This document shows, piece by piece, positions 10,529-20,388 of a DNA stretch of 38,661 nucleotides. A program made the position numbers and the translations under genes. Source of the stretch: Fibrobacterales bacterium. Its GTDB lineage: Bacteria; Fibrobacterota; Fibrobacteria; Fibrobacterales; JAOPTW01. Location of the stretch: NCBI GenBank assembly GCA_051532055.1, contig JAOPTX010000049.1:1-38661 (forward strand). The letters are read 5' to 3'. Each line of letters begins with the position of its first letter. Position 1 is the stretch's first letter. The notes under the pieces are model-generated. The model did not search any database, was not told where the DNA came from, and saw only the letters and a program-made list of their open reading frames with translations.

Positions 10529-13500
10529 TGAGTTTACATCCAGATACCGAAACAGGCTTTTCATTTGATAAACCAGTACTCTATCTCCCTGTTAGGGTTG
10601 AGACAAAATTCCGTACCTCTACATCATTGGTACGTGGCCGTATACGTTCGAGTAACAAAGAGTTACGGGTACGTATCTACCCTGATTCAATCTCTGTGCA
10701 CAAAAAAGCCGGTCTGTACTCTCAGGATGAGATTCGTGCTGGTAAAAAATATTGGGCTACAGTGTATGCCTTAGATAATAGAGGGGTGAATGATGAGCGT
10801 CGTAAAAAAGTTCTTAAAAATGCATTTGCTCAGTTAAGTAAAGTTACGGGGAGTGCACGTGCACAGCACCTGATTAAGAAACTCTATAACCATGATGGAC
10901 TTAAAAGCTCTACACCAAAAGCTCACTGGAGTGAATTGAAAAAAGAGATCATTGGCTGTGAAACTGCCACTGGTGCAATGGATTCAATACTATCACGTAT
11001 GGAATCAGTCCCTGTCGATGCAATGCGTACTATTGTAGAGAGCTCAGATGGTTTTTCTTTTGTCTCAAGTCCTTGTATGTCAGGTTATTATGGAGAAATA
11101 AGCGAAGTGTGGAAAGGCTTTAAAAGCGAACTCCTGCAAAATGTAAAAAAACGATTGAAGCAGATTGCCCAAAGTCACAGAACTGCTGAATCTACTGCTC
11201 ACAGCTCTATACGGTTGAGTGATACTATAAAGAAGATGGGACTGTACAGTATGACTCCAGAGCTGAGTCGACTTATTCAAAATGCTACGAGTACCTCTGG
11301 AGTTCGGACAGAAATTACGGGACGTGAGAATATGGAGTCCCCGCTTTGGGCCTTGCTTACTGGTTTCGAAGCAGAGATCATGGAGGCACTAAAAGAAGAA
11401 GGCGACCTCTATGTGATTTTGTTTAATGGTGCGCAACGCATGGTAAAAAATTTAGAAACTATTCAAGATACACCTGTTGACGATAAATACAGTGCGGTGA
11501 GTCTCTTTCCTTTTAACAGTATTAAGGAACAAGAAGAGGGATGGTTGCCTCATATGATTTACGAAGCTATGCCAGAGCGGTATGTGGTCCACGTGCTCGA
11601 TAGCAATGGTGTAATGATACTTTCTATACCGGGTAACAAGGTCTCGATTACTGAAGAAAATTTGGCTGAATACTTTCCAAAGGAAGGTGATAATAGGAAA
11701 ACTACTCCCGCTGTTGAAGCGAGTTGGATGACTGATTATACTAAGGCAGAATCTGTTGGGATGGGAGTTACCCTTCCTATCTCTAATGAACTTTGGAAAC
11801 AGTTGGGAGGAGAAATTCCTCGGTTGGTCGTTATTGGAGAACAGGCAGCGGATCACTCTCAGCAATCGATACTTGAGCACCTTATAGAAGGTCAGAGTGA
11901 TGTTGTAGATCAGCTTGGATTTACTGAGCCAGGAACACCAACGAATAATAGAAAGAGCCAAAAAACTGGAGTCAGCGATAGTGATGATCATAGTGATGAG
12001 GTATTTGACGGAATAATACTTCCGTATATCACCGGTAATCAAAAAGCTGTACCCGTTACGGGGAGTGACCAAGAAAGATTCGAAAAAGCATTAGGACTCA
12101 GTCCTGGTATGTGTAACGGATTTAAAGGGGGTGATAACCGCACTATTGAACGGTCCAAGGCGATGAATGGTTTGATGAGCGATCTAACCGTAGGATCATT
12201 TTTGTTTGATTTTTGGGGTACGGTTACAGACCCAATCCTCATCAATTCGGCTAAATCATTTTATCAAAAGTATGTTATTGCACGGGGGTGGCTACCGGGA
12301 ATTCGTATTGAACGTCAGCCGTATGGTGTGTTACCTATGACTGACTTTAGTTCCTTTAATCCAGATTTCGATGGTGGGGGAAGTAAAAGCCCGATGGTCA
12401 AAGGGTTCTCTTTTATTGAATCATTGTACGAATCATTTAAAGCAACTGCTCACGCAACCGTTCCATCTAAAAAAGACATGGAGAAAAGTAAGGCGCCTCA
12501 CAGCTATTACATGGGGATGCTCAATAATAACCCCGTATCACAAAAATTTAATATTCGAACGGCAATTAATGCGGGTAATAGAATTGATACTGAACCGTTT
12601 AGTCATGCCCTAAAGGAATTGGTTAATTTTCAAGAAGATGATGAGCTCAATGCGGATGCTCTTGCCCAAACCTTAAGTGGTTTATTTGACCTAGAAAGTT
12701 TTAGAACAAGTTTTCCAAAGAACAGCCACATTGATCAAGAGGCGCTTCAAAATAGATTTGAATATTGTTTGAGTAAATCACGGGCCCTCAATTTACGGTA
12801 TCTCGATACGGTTGAGGAATATACAGGTAATATTGTCTCTCATGATGAATTGAAAAATGCACTTGAGCTTTCAGACGGAAATAATTATTTCGAATGGTTT
12901 TCTCAGTTCATTGATGATCCAGACTATTTAATGAATCTTGAACTGTATGATGAAAAAAGTACCGTAAAATACGGTGGAGCAACATCTGACAGGTTTGGAG
13001 GGTTTTTATCGGGGAAGGCAAAAAAAGGTACTCAGTCAAATAATAAAAATCAGAAATACGAGAAGCATGTCGCAAATAAAGATGCCCAAAAACTCGGTGG
13101 TACTCCCATAGTAAGTTCGCTGCTCTTTTTTATGGCGCGTCATTCATTATTACAAATGTATAAGCGTGAAGCGTATCAAGTAATGCAGAGCTTTGGTTGG
13201 CTACCAAAGAGTCGGGTCACTCATAGTGATGGATCTATTGTGTATGATGATTTTACACGAACGTGGGGAGTACTCTTTGCTCGGGTTGATAATTTTATAA
13301 AAGATCCTGAAGCTCAAAAATCACAATGGTTTACATTGTTGAACAAAAAAACAATGGTTGAACTGCTCACACAATCTGAAGACTACGGATGGCAGTCACT
13401 TATTATGGCCAAGGAGCGAATAGGTAAGTATAAGGTGTATCTTGCAGAGATCGGATCAACATCTATTCCAGAACTTAAAAATCTATTTGCAGAGCAAGTA

Positions 13501-15840
13501 GATTTGTCTGCTCATCGAATAGATGCATGGCGATTAGGCTTCGTTAATAAAAAGCTAGATATGATTTCTTCCAAGGGTGGCTATCGAGTAGGGGTCACTC
13601 ATTATGGTATCATTGAAAAACTTACTCAGTCAAAGGGACGCACAGAATCAGTGCTGCCTGATGACTATAAACCTAAAAAAGTGTCACACAATATTAAACA
13701 GGCACCGGTTGTGGTGTCACACAATGAAGCGAACGAATTAATACATGCACCTTCTCATGATCATGCTGTTGTTGCTGGTGTATTAAAATCAGGCTACAAT
13801 TTGAGCAAGCGGAGCAGTGCAAAAGATAATAACCTTTCTGCGGTAAACCTCAATTCGAGACGAGTGCGGAAAGCAATGCATCTCGTGGAAGCAATGCGCC
13901 AAGGGCAGGATGTGGCCGCGTATTTAGGATTTAGGATAGAGCGTTTTTTACATAATGTAAATATGGATTACTACATCTATTCCTTACGACGCGCCTTTCC
14001 ATATGCCACTCCAGTTAATCCTGAAAATGGTATCAGTGAAGGAGAAAAAGAGTTGCAAGTGGTCAATGGCATGGAGCTTGTTCTCAAATTTAGAGAGAAA
14101 AAATTTCATGGGTATCAGGTAGGTGATTGGCCAGAATGGGCCCTTCCGGCCCTTGGTCTTAATAATTATGATCCAAGAATTGATGAAGTACCGAGTGAGC
14201 ATTTTACAAACTTTGCGGCTGCATTGTACGATCTTGATGATCTCCTCGATGCCGTTACAGATCTTACGGTTACTGAAGGGGTCTATCATATTGTGAAAGG
14301 AAATCATATCGAGGCGGCTGCAGTGGTCAATGCTATTGGTCAAGGAAAGCCTTTGCCTGAAATTGGCTTTACTAAAACTCCCGTAAATGGCGTTCCCGTT
14401 CATCATAAGACGTTGATACATCTTCCACTTTTATCTGACAGTGATTATTCGCAAGATTCAATAAGTGGTGAGTGGGGGACAGTATCCCTCAAGGGCTTAA
14501 TCAATCCACAGCTCAATCGTTTTTGTGCACAACAATTACCTGAGCCCAGTACTCTTATTGTTGAATATTCTCGTGAACAACTCGATGTTGAAGGGGATAT
14601 AGAGGTTATTCATAACACACTCACACTCGCAGAGCTAGGCGTAGAACCGATAGACTTTGTTCTCTCTCTTAATTCAGATGGAGGATTGGTTGAGTTTCTC
14701 AGCAAGGCAGTTAAGGCCTATGCCAAGGGTGTTTTCCCTGAATCAATCGTGTTGCTCGTGTCTGATGCGCCGACAACTGCTACAGTCTTAAAGCAAACAT
14801 TTACTCTGAGAAAAATTGCGACACTCATGGAAAAGAGCAAGGCTTTGGTCGCTTCGCAATTTGATAACGTGGTGAGTGAGGATAGGAGCATGACACTTTC
14901 TGTTGATCGCTCTGAATTGAATGCTCGCTTAAATAAAGTAATGAACTTCATTCGAATAGAGGGGAGATCTTCAGCTGAGCTAGAAAACATTGAGAATGTA
15001 TTTGTCACGTTAGTTACAACTCCCGATGGTACAATTGTCGAAGCAGCGAATAGATTTGCACAATTGGTTACTGCAGGGGCGAGTGATATGTATCTCCAGT
15101 ATACTACTGGCCATATCAATACCTTTTATCCTACACAGACCTTTACAAATAGAAAGTCAGGTTCGGCTGGAATGCTCCAAATGGAGAGTTGGTTATCGTC
15201 AGTTTCAAAAGTACGCAATCATATGATGAATATCAATCAAATGTCACTCCTTCACTTTCATACCAAAGGTACTGCTCTTACAGTGTCTCCCATTCAGTTT
15301 CCTGAAAATAATCAATGGTTTGGCGGAGAGCTAACTCGGAGCCTTGATACTGATGAACAGGATCTCAGTTTTGTAGTATTGAATGCTATTAATGCAGAGA
15401 ACATTGGTAATAATGGTGCTACGGTCGCACTTGTGGTAGATGAATGGATAGAGGTACTGCCTCAAGAATCGCATACAACAGGGGTTGCTCTGCATGTGGA
15501 TCAACCTGATGCAGCGGCACCTCAAACATTGCTTCTTGCGGTACCTCCTCACGATAACGGTGAGTATTGGACCCACCGACAAATGGTCGGTGTGGTGACT
15601 AGTGCCTTAGAAATGGCGCAAGTGCGCTTGGTACAGCCACACGATGTGTATGACACGAGAGGTCATATAGGGAGTCGTCTTGCACTGAGTCAAGTACTTC
15701 CTGGTATGAATATTGAGATGGAGTCAGATAATAGTTCTAACTTCGAACAGGGCACACTCTCTCTCAAAGAAGTGAGCGGGATGAAAGTTTCAAAATCAGC
15801 TAAAAATATTCTTGGCAAAGCAATGCAGGGGTTAGTATGA
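10528..15840 (+). CDS. Large conserved hypothetical protein (operon gene 3)
   Basis: 1770-aa ORF with TAATG stop/start overlap. Motifs LPVRVETKF, LRVRIYPD, WMTDY..AE.VGMG, GTPTNN, RIERQPYGVLP, DLSAHRIDAW, IHAPS, LGFRIER and VVDEWIEVLP...TTGVALHVDQPDAAAPQTLLLAVPP. Confidence 0.85.
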   Translation: MSLHPDTETGFSFDKPVLYLPVRVETKFRTSTSLVRGRIRSSNKELRVRIYPDSISVHKKAGLYSQDEIRAGKKYWATVYALDNRGVNDERRKKVLKNAFAQLSKVTGSARAQHLIKKLYNHDGLKSSTPKAHWSELKKEIIGCETATGAMDSILSRMESVPVDAMRTIVESSDGFSFVSSPCMSGYYGEISEVWKGFKSELLQNVKKRLKQIAQSHRTAESTAHSSIRLSDTIKKMGLYSMTPELSRLIQNATSTSGVRTEITGRENMESPLWALLTGFEAEIMEALKEEGDLYVILFNGAQRMVKNLETIQDTPVDDKYSAVSLFPFNSIKEQEEGWLPHMIYEAMPERYVVHVLDSNGVMILSIPGNKVSITEENLAEYFPKEGDNRKTTPAVEASWMTDYTKAESVGMGVTLPISNELWKQLGGEIPRLVVIGEQAADHSQQSILEHLIEGQSDVVDQLGFTEPGTPTNNRKSQKTGVSDSDDHSDEVFDGIILPYITGNQKAVPVTGSDQERFEKALGLSPGMCNGFKGGDNRTIERSKAMNGLMSDLTVGSFLFDFWGTVTDPILINSAKSFYQKYVIARGWLPGIRIERQPYGVLPMTDFSSFNPDFDGGGSKSPMVKGFSFIESLYESFKATAHATVPSKKDMEKSKAPHSYYMGMLNNNPVSQKFNIRTAINAGNRIDTEPFSHALKELVNFQEDDELNADALAQTLSGLFDLESFRTSFPKNSHIDQEALQNRFEYCLSKSRALNLRYLDTVEEYTGNIVSHDELKNALELSDGNNYFEWFSQFIDDPDYLMNLELYDEKSTVKYGGATSDRFGGFLSGKAKKGTQSNNKNQKYEKHVANKDAQKLGGTPIVSSLLFFMARHSLLQMYKREAYQVMQSFGWLPKSRVTHSDGSIVYDDFTRTWGVLFARVDNFIKDPEAQKSQWFTLLNKKTMVELLTQSEDYGWQSLIMAKERIGKYKVYLAEIGSTSIPELKNLFAEQVDLSAHRIDAWRLGFVNKKLDMISSKGGYRVGVTHYGIIEKLTQSKGRTESVLPDDYKPKKVSHNIKQAPVVVSHNEANELIHAPSHDHAVVAGVLKSGYNLSKRSSAKDNNLSAVNLNSRRVRKAMHLVEAMRQGQDVAAYLGFRIERFLHNVNMDYYIYSLRRAFPYATPVNPENGISEGEKELQVVNGMELVLKFREKKFHGYQVGDWPEWALPALGLNNYDPRIDEVPSEHFTNFAAALYDLDDLLDAVTDLTVTEGVYHIVKGNHIEAAAVVNAIGQGKPLPEIGFTKTPVNGVPVHHKTLIHLPLLSDSDYSQDSISGEWGTVSLKGLINPQLNRFCAQQLPEPSTLIVEYSREQLDVEGDIEVIHNTLTLAELGVEPIDFVLSLNSDGGLVEFLSKAVKAYAKGVFPESIVLLVSDAPTTATVLKQTFTLRKIATLMEKSKALVASQFDNVVSEDRSMTLSVDRSELNARLNKVMNFIRIEGRSSAELENIENVFVTLVTTPDGTIVEAANRFAQLVTAGASDMYLQYTTGHINTFYPTQTFTNRKSGSAGMLQMESWLSSVSKVRNHMMNINQMSLLHFHTKGTALTVSPIQFPENNQWFGGELTRSLDTDEQDLSFVVLNAINAENIGNNGATVALVVDEWIEVLPQESHTTGVALHVDQPDAAAPQTLLLAVPPHDNGEYWTHRQMVGVVTSALEMAQVRLVQPHDVYDTRGHIGSRLALSQVLPGMNIEMESDNSSNFEQGTLSLKEVSGMKVSKSAKNILGKAMQGLV

Positions 15841-17480
15841 TAAATAATAGGTGTGAACAATTTAGAGCTTTCAATAGAATTGAAGGCTTAACCGCAACTG
15901 AGACAATGGATGAGGCTCTTCGTGCTGAGTTGTATGATCCCTTATGGATGATGGGGCGACAACAACAGTTTGGTGAGTTCTATGGTAATGATTGTGGAAC
16001 TGCAGTAACCGTGAAAATTTCTCATGAAATGAAATCACTCTCCTTGAGTGATGGTGGCAAGCCATTTAATTTCAAAAACGAACCTCCTGAAGCTCGAATC
16101 GAAGCAGTGAAACCGGTTCTTGGAACGTTTGAGGGGATTGAAGCGGGAACACAGTTTCTCAAACTCATCGGGTCAAATGGCGTACTTAAAGCACAGCTCC
16201 TCGATTATTTTACTGTTGTAATAGATTCTGAAAGTCTTGAAGCAATTGATGGCTATGAAGAGATGCTTTTCTGCTTTGGTAGTGATCTTCTCGATGGTGT
16301 TGCTCTCTATCATGCTATCAAAGAAGCTGATGAGCGATTGATTGATCTACTGCTTGATGATGACAGTGTCGCTCTCTTTATAGAATGGTTTGAAGGTCTC
16401 TATGGTGGGTACCTTGATCAGTACAATAATTGGGTTGCTGATAGATTAGAATATCAAGCCGAGTTTACAATAGATCAAAATAGCTCTATAGTGGCCAAAG
16501 AATATTTTAGTGGTAATTTAGAATGGTACAACTTTGACTTTCGTGAACACCGATCACGATTAAAATCACCATCTCAGATTAAAGAATACCTTCCTACCAA
16601 ATTAACTTACCCTGGAATGCCTTCAGATAGATGGTGGGAAATCGAAGATGAGTCTGTAGACTTTATTAATATTTCGGCTGATCAAACTGATATTGCAAAA
16701 TTAGTTGTGTCCGAGTTCAGTGCCCTTTATAGTAATGACTGGTTAGTAACTCCTCTTGATGTTTCTTATGGTTCAGTCTGTAGAGTGAAAAGTGCTTTAA
16801 TTAAAGATACTTTTGGAGAGTATAGTTATGTTCCTAATAAAATTACGGGTAACGCGGGTAAAGACTGGGACCTTTTCTCAATGTATAATGATAATCCTGA
16901 TGAACATATTGATGGCCTGGTACTCTTTCCTTCGATTCATAAAGTTGAAGATAGTGCAGCAATTGAGCAAGTGACTTTCAAGCGTGACGAGATGGCAAAT
17001 ATGGCTTGGGGTGTTGAAGAAGTTATTTCAAATAACATGGGTGGTTCACTCTCTGGGCATAGTTATGCTTCACAATTTACTTTACCAGAACGAGAAGCGG
17101 AATCATCGGCTGATTTAACCTATTCTTTGATGTCTCCAATACCGTTTAATTGGATCCCATTTGTGCCGGTACGAACCCGTGGAAGTATCAGTCAAATAAA
17201 ATTAAAAAGGGGAATGTTACCCGACCCACAAGGGAAAAAAGTAATTGATGGCATTGAGCCAAAGACTGCTCTGTTAATGCCTGAAGTTGGACGGTCACAA
17301 TACCTTCAAGAAGAAGAAATTCTCAAAGGTGGTATAACGGTGACTGGTTCATATCAACGAACTCGTTGGTATAATGGTAAAACCATTAACTGGTATGGGT
17401 ATAAAAAAGTACCGGGCAAGTCACTTAAAGAGAGTGGAATGAAACTTGATTATTTACAAAAAACTTCTAGACAAGAGTAA
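15837..17480 (+). CDS. Conserved hypothetical protein (operon gene 4)
   Basis: 547-aa ORF with ATGA overlap. Motifs ALRAELYDPLWMMGRQQQFGEF, LEWYNFD, YPGMPSDRWWEIED, FSALYSNDW, RDEMANMAWGVE, NWIPFVPV and QRTRWYNG. Confidence 0.85.
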   Translation: MINNRCEQFRAFNRIEGLTATETMDEALRAELYDPLWMMGRQQQFGEFYGNDCGTAVTVKISHEMKSLSLSDGGKPFNFKNEPPEARIEAVKPVLGTFEGIEAGTQFLKLIGSNGVLKAQLLDYFTVVIDSESLEAIDGYEEMLFCFGSDLLDGVALYHAIKEADERLIDLLLDDDSVALFIEWFEGLYGGYLDQYNNWVADRLEYQAEFTIDQNSSIVAKEYFSGNLEWYNFDFREHRSRLKSPSQIKEYLPTKLTYPGMPSDRWWEIEDESVDFINISADQTDIAKLVVSEFSALYSNDWLVTPLDVSYGSVCRVKSALIKDTFGEYSYVPNKITGNAGKDWDLFSMYNDNPDEHIDGLVLFPSIHKVEDSAAIEQVTFKRDEMANMAWGVEEVISNNMGGSLSGHSYASQFTLPEREAESSADLTYSLMSPIPFNWIPFVPVRTRGSISQIKLKRGMLPDPQGKKVIDGIEPKTALLMPEVGRSQYLQEEEILKGGITVTGSYQRTRWYNGKTINWYGYKKVPGKSLKESGMKLDYLQKTSRQE

Positions 17481-17566
17481 GCGACTAGTTTATATTTAAC
17501 CTTACGATGACACGATATGGATTTTACCATATAACAGAGATTTTAGGCTGGACTCATTGTAATTAT

Positions 17567-17602
17567 AGGACCCTGCATCATTAAGAAGCAGGGTCCTTTT
17601 TT
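17567..17602 (+). terminator. Rho-independent terminator after the four-gene operon, just upstream of the mnmH-like gene
   Basis: Perfect 10-bp stem AGGACCCTGC (17567-17576) / GCAGGGTCCT (17588-17597) followed by a T-run. Confidence 0.85.
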
Positions 17603-17617
17603 GTTTAGGTTTTTACT

Positions 17618-18568
17618 ATGATATCTATCTCTCTGAATGACCTTTCCCAATCTGTCAATGATGAATCAGTTTTGATTGTTGATATGCGTCATGAGCGCGC
17701 TCAGAAAAAAGTCTCTATTCCTAATAGCTTTTGTTATGTCTTCAATGTGACTAAAGAAGATATTAAAAAGTGTACAACACCTGATTTAAGGTCTCAACTC
17801 TTGTCTCCAAAAATTGATGTGCTACAGAACTATCTCGCTCGTCATTTGGTGCAGAAGGTGTTAGTGATTAGTGAGGTTGGAGGAGTGAGGGAGCATGCAC
17901 TCGCACACTATCTAGAACAACACTCTATTGATGTTTTTATACTTGAGGGTGGAATGCAGGGAGTGTTGAAAGGTATTCACTCACATAACTATGCTATTCC
18001 CAATCTCAAAGTATTAGTTGGTTTAACAGGATCCGGTAAAAGTGGACAGCTTGAATTACGTGCGAAAGCAGGTGAACAAGTTGTTTCTCTCCATCAATTG
18101 GCTCAACACCGTGGCTCAGTATTTGGCGGACTGTCTCAGTGTCAGCCAACAAATGAACAGTTTCAACTTGACCTCTTTTTGTTAGTACAGCAATTCGATT
18201 TGGATAAACCAGTCTATGTAGAGTGGGAACCTGAACATCTTGGTTCCATTACCATTCCAAAGGGTTTTACACAGTGTTATGATCGTGGAGAGGTATGTTG
18301 GGTCGATGTACCGATACAGGAGAGGGTGGCGCGGCTTATGAGCGAATACACGAGCCTTTCATCTGAACAGCTCATTGATCAATTTCAATTCATTGCCAAA
18401 CGGTTTAGTGTGAGTGATCAAAGTATTGTTCTAAGTTCTTTAGCAAACAGAAATTTTGAATCGGTACTCGAAATACTTCTTCCTTATTTTGATGAGGCAT
18501 ACGAAGCAATGTACAGGAAGAGTGGTATTAATAGAAAAGAGTCGGAAAAAATACTTATAACGTCTTAA
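17618..18568 (+). CDS. mnmH: tRNA 2-selenouridine synthase MnmH/SelU homologue with degenerate rhodanese domain
   Basis: Rhodanese-like N-terminus (IVDMR...SIPNS, LEGG), P-loop GLTGSGKS, and family motifs LAQHRGSVFG, QPTNEQF, ERVARLMSEY, LL.YFDEAY. Confidence 0.8.
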   Translation: MISISLNDLSQSVNDESVLIVDMRHERAQKKVSIPNSFCYVFNVTKEDIKKCTTPDLRSQLLSPKIDVLQNYLARHLVQKVLVISEVGGVREHALAHYLEQHSIDVFILEGGMQGVLKGIHSHNYAIPNLKVLVGLTGSGKSGQLELRAKAGEQVVSLHQLAQHRGSVFGGLSQCQPTNEQFQLDLFLLVQQFDLDKPVYVEWEPEHLGSITIPKGFTQCYDRGEVCWVDVPIQERVARLMSEYTSLSSEQLIDQFQFIAKRFSVSDQSIVLSSLANRNFESVLEILLPYFDEAYEAMYRKSGINRKESEKILITS

Positions 18569-19155
18569 AAGGTGTCTGCAATCACTTTTAATTCACTAAC
18601 AAACATCTCAACAGCGACAGTCACTAATAAGAGCCCTATGAGTCGCTCAATGGCCACGAGGAGCTTGCTACCGAATCGGTCGAAGAGGTTTTGAGCAAAT
18701 ACGAGAATAATCCCCGCTACAAACCATGCAGTAAGAAGAGCTATGAGCCATATATCCCAGCGTTCCGGTTCACGGGCGATAAATACGGTGAGGAGTGTCA
18801 TGGTAGAGGGGCCCGCAATAAGGGGGATAGCGAGAGGTACAATGAGGGGTTCACCATCTTCTATGCCAGTCATAATGGAATCACTCCCTTGAAAAATCAT
18901 GCGGAGCGCTATGATTATGAGTACAATTGCTCCACCGATACCGAGTGAAGAAGGGGAGACTTGTAAGAGTTGTAGGATATACTTCCCAAAAAAGAGAAAG
19001 CCAAGGAGGATGGCGAGCGCTATGAGGAGTTCCCGAATAATGACGAATTTTCGTCTCTCTGGTGCGGTATTTTTTAGGGAACTGAGGAAAACAGGAATAT
19101 TACCAAATGGGTCAATAACCAGAAAAATCAGTAGTGCTGCAGATAGGAGTGACAT
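18565..19155 (-). CDS. MarC family (YhgN/NAAT) membrane protein
   Basis: LVIDPFGNIPVF, IVPLAIPLIAGP, ERLIGLLL and about six hydrophobic segments. Start moved from 19182 to ATG 19155 (AAGAGG RBS). Stop shares TTAA with the mnmH stop. Confidence 0.92.
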   Translation of the reverse strand: MSLLSAALLIFLVIDPFGNIPVFLSSLKNTAPERRKFVIIRELLIALAILLGFLFFGKYILQLLQVSPSSLGIGGAIVLIIIALRMIFQGSDSIMTGIEDGEPLIVPLAIPLIAGPSTMTLLTVFIAREPERWDIWLIALLTAWFVAGIILVFAQNLFDRFGSKLLVAIERLIGLLLVTVAVEMFVSELKVIADTF

Positions 19156-19216
19156 GGATACCTCTTTTAACGAGTATACCATTGTTTAATTGAATATGCT
19201 AGAAAAGTGCCCTTCT

Positions 19217-19435
19217 CTATTCTGAAACAAGTACCACTTTGAGGGTGTTGCCATCATACTCAATAACATCACCATTTAGGATTTTCTTTCTTTTTTGGGT
19301 TTCAATAGTGCCATTTAAGGTCACAAGCCCTTCAGATATAACGTGTTTTGCTGCGCCACCACTCTCCACGAGGTTTTCAAACTTCAATAATTTATAGAGT
19401 TCAATAGGTTCTTTAGTGATTTCTACATTAGTCAT
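19217..19435 (-). CDS. Small S4 RNA-binding domain protein (YbcJ/YaaA-like)
   Basis: 72 aa: IELYKLLK...ESGGAAKHVISEGLVTLNG.IETQKRKKI..GDVI. Confidence 0.92.
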   Translation of the reverse strand: MTNVEITKEPIELYKLLKFENLVESGGAAKHVISEGLVTLNGTIETQKRKKILNGDVIEYDGNTLKVVLVSE

Positions 19436-19565
19436 GGAGTATCCGATTTGTTTGGTGTGAGGTAAATATATAAAATAGTTGGAGTGTATTTTTATTATTT
19501 AGGGTAACACTTCACATAAAATACTCGTTTAATACATGACACACTCAATCTAAAGAAGCCATAAT

Positions 19566-20276
19566 ATGTATTTAAAACGACTCTTATCAGTATTTAGTAT
19601 TTCTGCTGCCCTTATCATCTCAGGATGTTCCTTTAGTGTTGCAACACCATCTACTACACTTGCGAGCCATGTAACACCGGGGATCCTTGATAAAGGTGCT
19701 CAAGAAATTGAAATTGAAAATCATGTAGCTACCGAGATTTTTGGGCCCGCCGTCGAAATACATCAGGTTTCGTATAGTCAAGGACTTACTGATAGCACTG
19801 AATTAAAAGTGTCCGCTTTTGCGGGTATCATAAATCCCAATGATACAATTCCATTAAGTAGAATGATGGGGGGAGTTTCTGTGTTATATCAATATAATCC
19901 TACAAATAATCATTTGGGGTTGTATGGTGGGGGTGGTGTCGGTTTTTCAAAGTACGGGAACTTTATATCGAGTGAAGGGGGCATTGTCGTAGGATATGAC
20001 AATAGATATTTAGTTCCCTATATTCAACTTGGTGGATTTGCGAGTGTACCGTATTTTACTAGAGCGATAAAACGAGAAAGAGATGATTATCATTCTTCGG
20101 GAACTGAAATTAAATATCTCACAAAAACTATTGGCGCTAAAGTGATGGTAGGACTCCATGCTAAAATGGGGCAGCACTTTCGTATTTGGGTTGATGCAGG
20201 TATGAGTGCTGCCCGTTCTGAAACAGATGCACTACTCATGCTCAATGCTGGAGCAGGTATTGGGTATCAGTTCTGA
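19566..20276 (+). CDS. Hypothetical lipoprotein, probable outer-membrane beta-barrel
   Basis: Lipobox IISGC, Gly/aromatic alternating strands, C-terminal beta-signal-like GIGYQF. Confidence 0.65.
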   Translation: MYLKRLLSVFSISAALIISGCSFSVATPSTTLASHVTPGILDKGAQEIEIENHVATEIFGPAVEIHQVSYSQGLTDSTELKVSAFAGIINPNDTIPLSRMMGGVSVLYQYNPTNNHLGLYGGGGVGFSKYGNFISSEGGIVVGYDNRYLVPYIQLGGFASVPYFTRAIKRERDDYHSSGTEIKYLTKTIGAKVMVGLHAKMGQHFRIWVDAGMSAARSETDALLMLNAGAGIGYQF

Positions 20277-20388
20277 TTACATTGATTGTATAGCTTATTA
20301 CTTGAATTGTAATAATTTTTAATTCCTGGGTTACTGTTCAATTGTTCTAAACGTTTAATTTGTAGACCAACACACATTTGGAAAAAAT

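Noticed and set aside
11452..12072. 206-aa antisense ORF, and the other short nested ORFs in the track
   Set aside because: They lie within or largely overlap long, motif-bearing genes and show no recognisable protein features.
13681..13725. 12-bp direct repeat GTGTCACACAAT (13681 and 13714) in gene 3
   Set aside because: Only two copies, in frame (VSHN twice). Best explained as a local micro-duplication, not a CRISPR or att site.
2329..17617. Operon as a prophage or mobile island
   Set aside because: No integrase, transposase, tRNA target, terminal repeats or recognisable phage genes. No obvious composition shift by eye (not computed).
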